DNA of 24,000 nucleotides from Candidatus Caldarchaeum sp. GTDB lineage: Archaea; Thermoproteota; Nitrososphaeria_A; Caldarchaeales; Caldarchaeaceae. The stretch spans positions 1 through 24,000 of the forward strand of contig JAWBKB010000014.1 in assembly GCA_038831915.1 (NCBI GenBank), written 5' to 3'. Of the stretch, positions 23,984-24,000 are shown piece by piece. The stretch's first letter is position 1. Each line of letters begins with the position of its first letter. The translations under genes and the position numbers were made by a program. The notes under the pieces were generated by a model. The model was not told where the DNA came from. It made no database searches and saw only the letters and a program-made list of their open reading frames with translations.

Positions 23984-24000
23984 CCGGTAGACGAAAAACG

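Overview
This window looks like an archaeal chromosome, probably Thermoproteota-like. That is an inference from four things: a 26-nt CRISPR repeat whose reverse complement ends in ATTGAAAG, a Csa1/Cas4/Cas2/Cas1 gene set, a tRNA with a non-canonical intron, and TATA-like boxes about 25-27 nt upstream of start codons. The window has four parts. (1) 1-6840 is a core block holding a LOG/TIGR00725-like protein, glutamate dehydrogenase, deoxyhypusine synthase, a MOFRL glycerate kinase, a BtuF/FhuD-like binding protein, a DedA/VTT membrane protein and tRNA-Leu(CAA), which carries a ~31-nt D-loop intron. (2) 6840-14230 is an accessory zone. A 19-nt copy of the tRNA 3' end at 11651-11669 brackets a ~4.8-kb decayed integrated element. 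That element holds a compact TnpB-like RuvC nuclease fused to a GC-rich structured region, a tail-anchored wHTH protein, and two degenerate IS remnants lying tail-to-tail around a small cargo. It is followed by csa1, a degenerate 3-repeat mini-CRISPR array and an AT-rich, ORF-poor stretch. (3) 14230-20530 is a second core block holding Bcp peroxiredoxin, an SCP2 protein, a CDP-alcohol phosphatidyltransferase, a TrmO/TsaA-like protein, a cytochrome bd oxidase whose second subunit looks CydA-like, and a DASS transporter. (4) 20834-23983 holds an 18-repeat CRISPR array and a cas4-cas2-cas1 operon. No effector (interference) cas genes, cas6 or csa3 are visible. The most interesting points are the tRNA-bounded element with no integrase, the short TnpB-like protein with a candidate structured RNA, and the split arrangement of the type I-A-like adaptation module and its two arrays. 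All calls come from reading the sequence and the ORF translations by eye. No database search was run.
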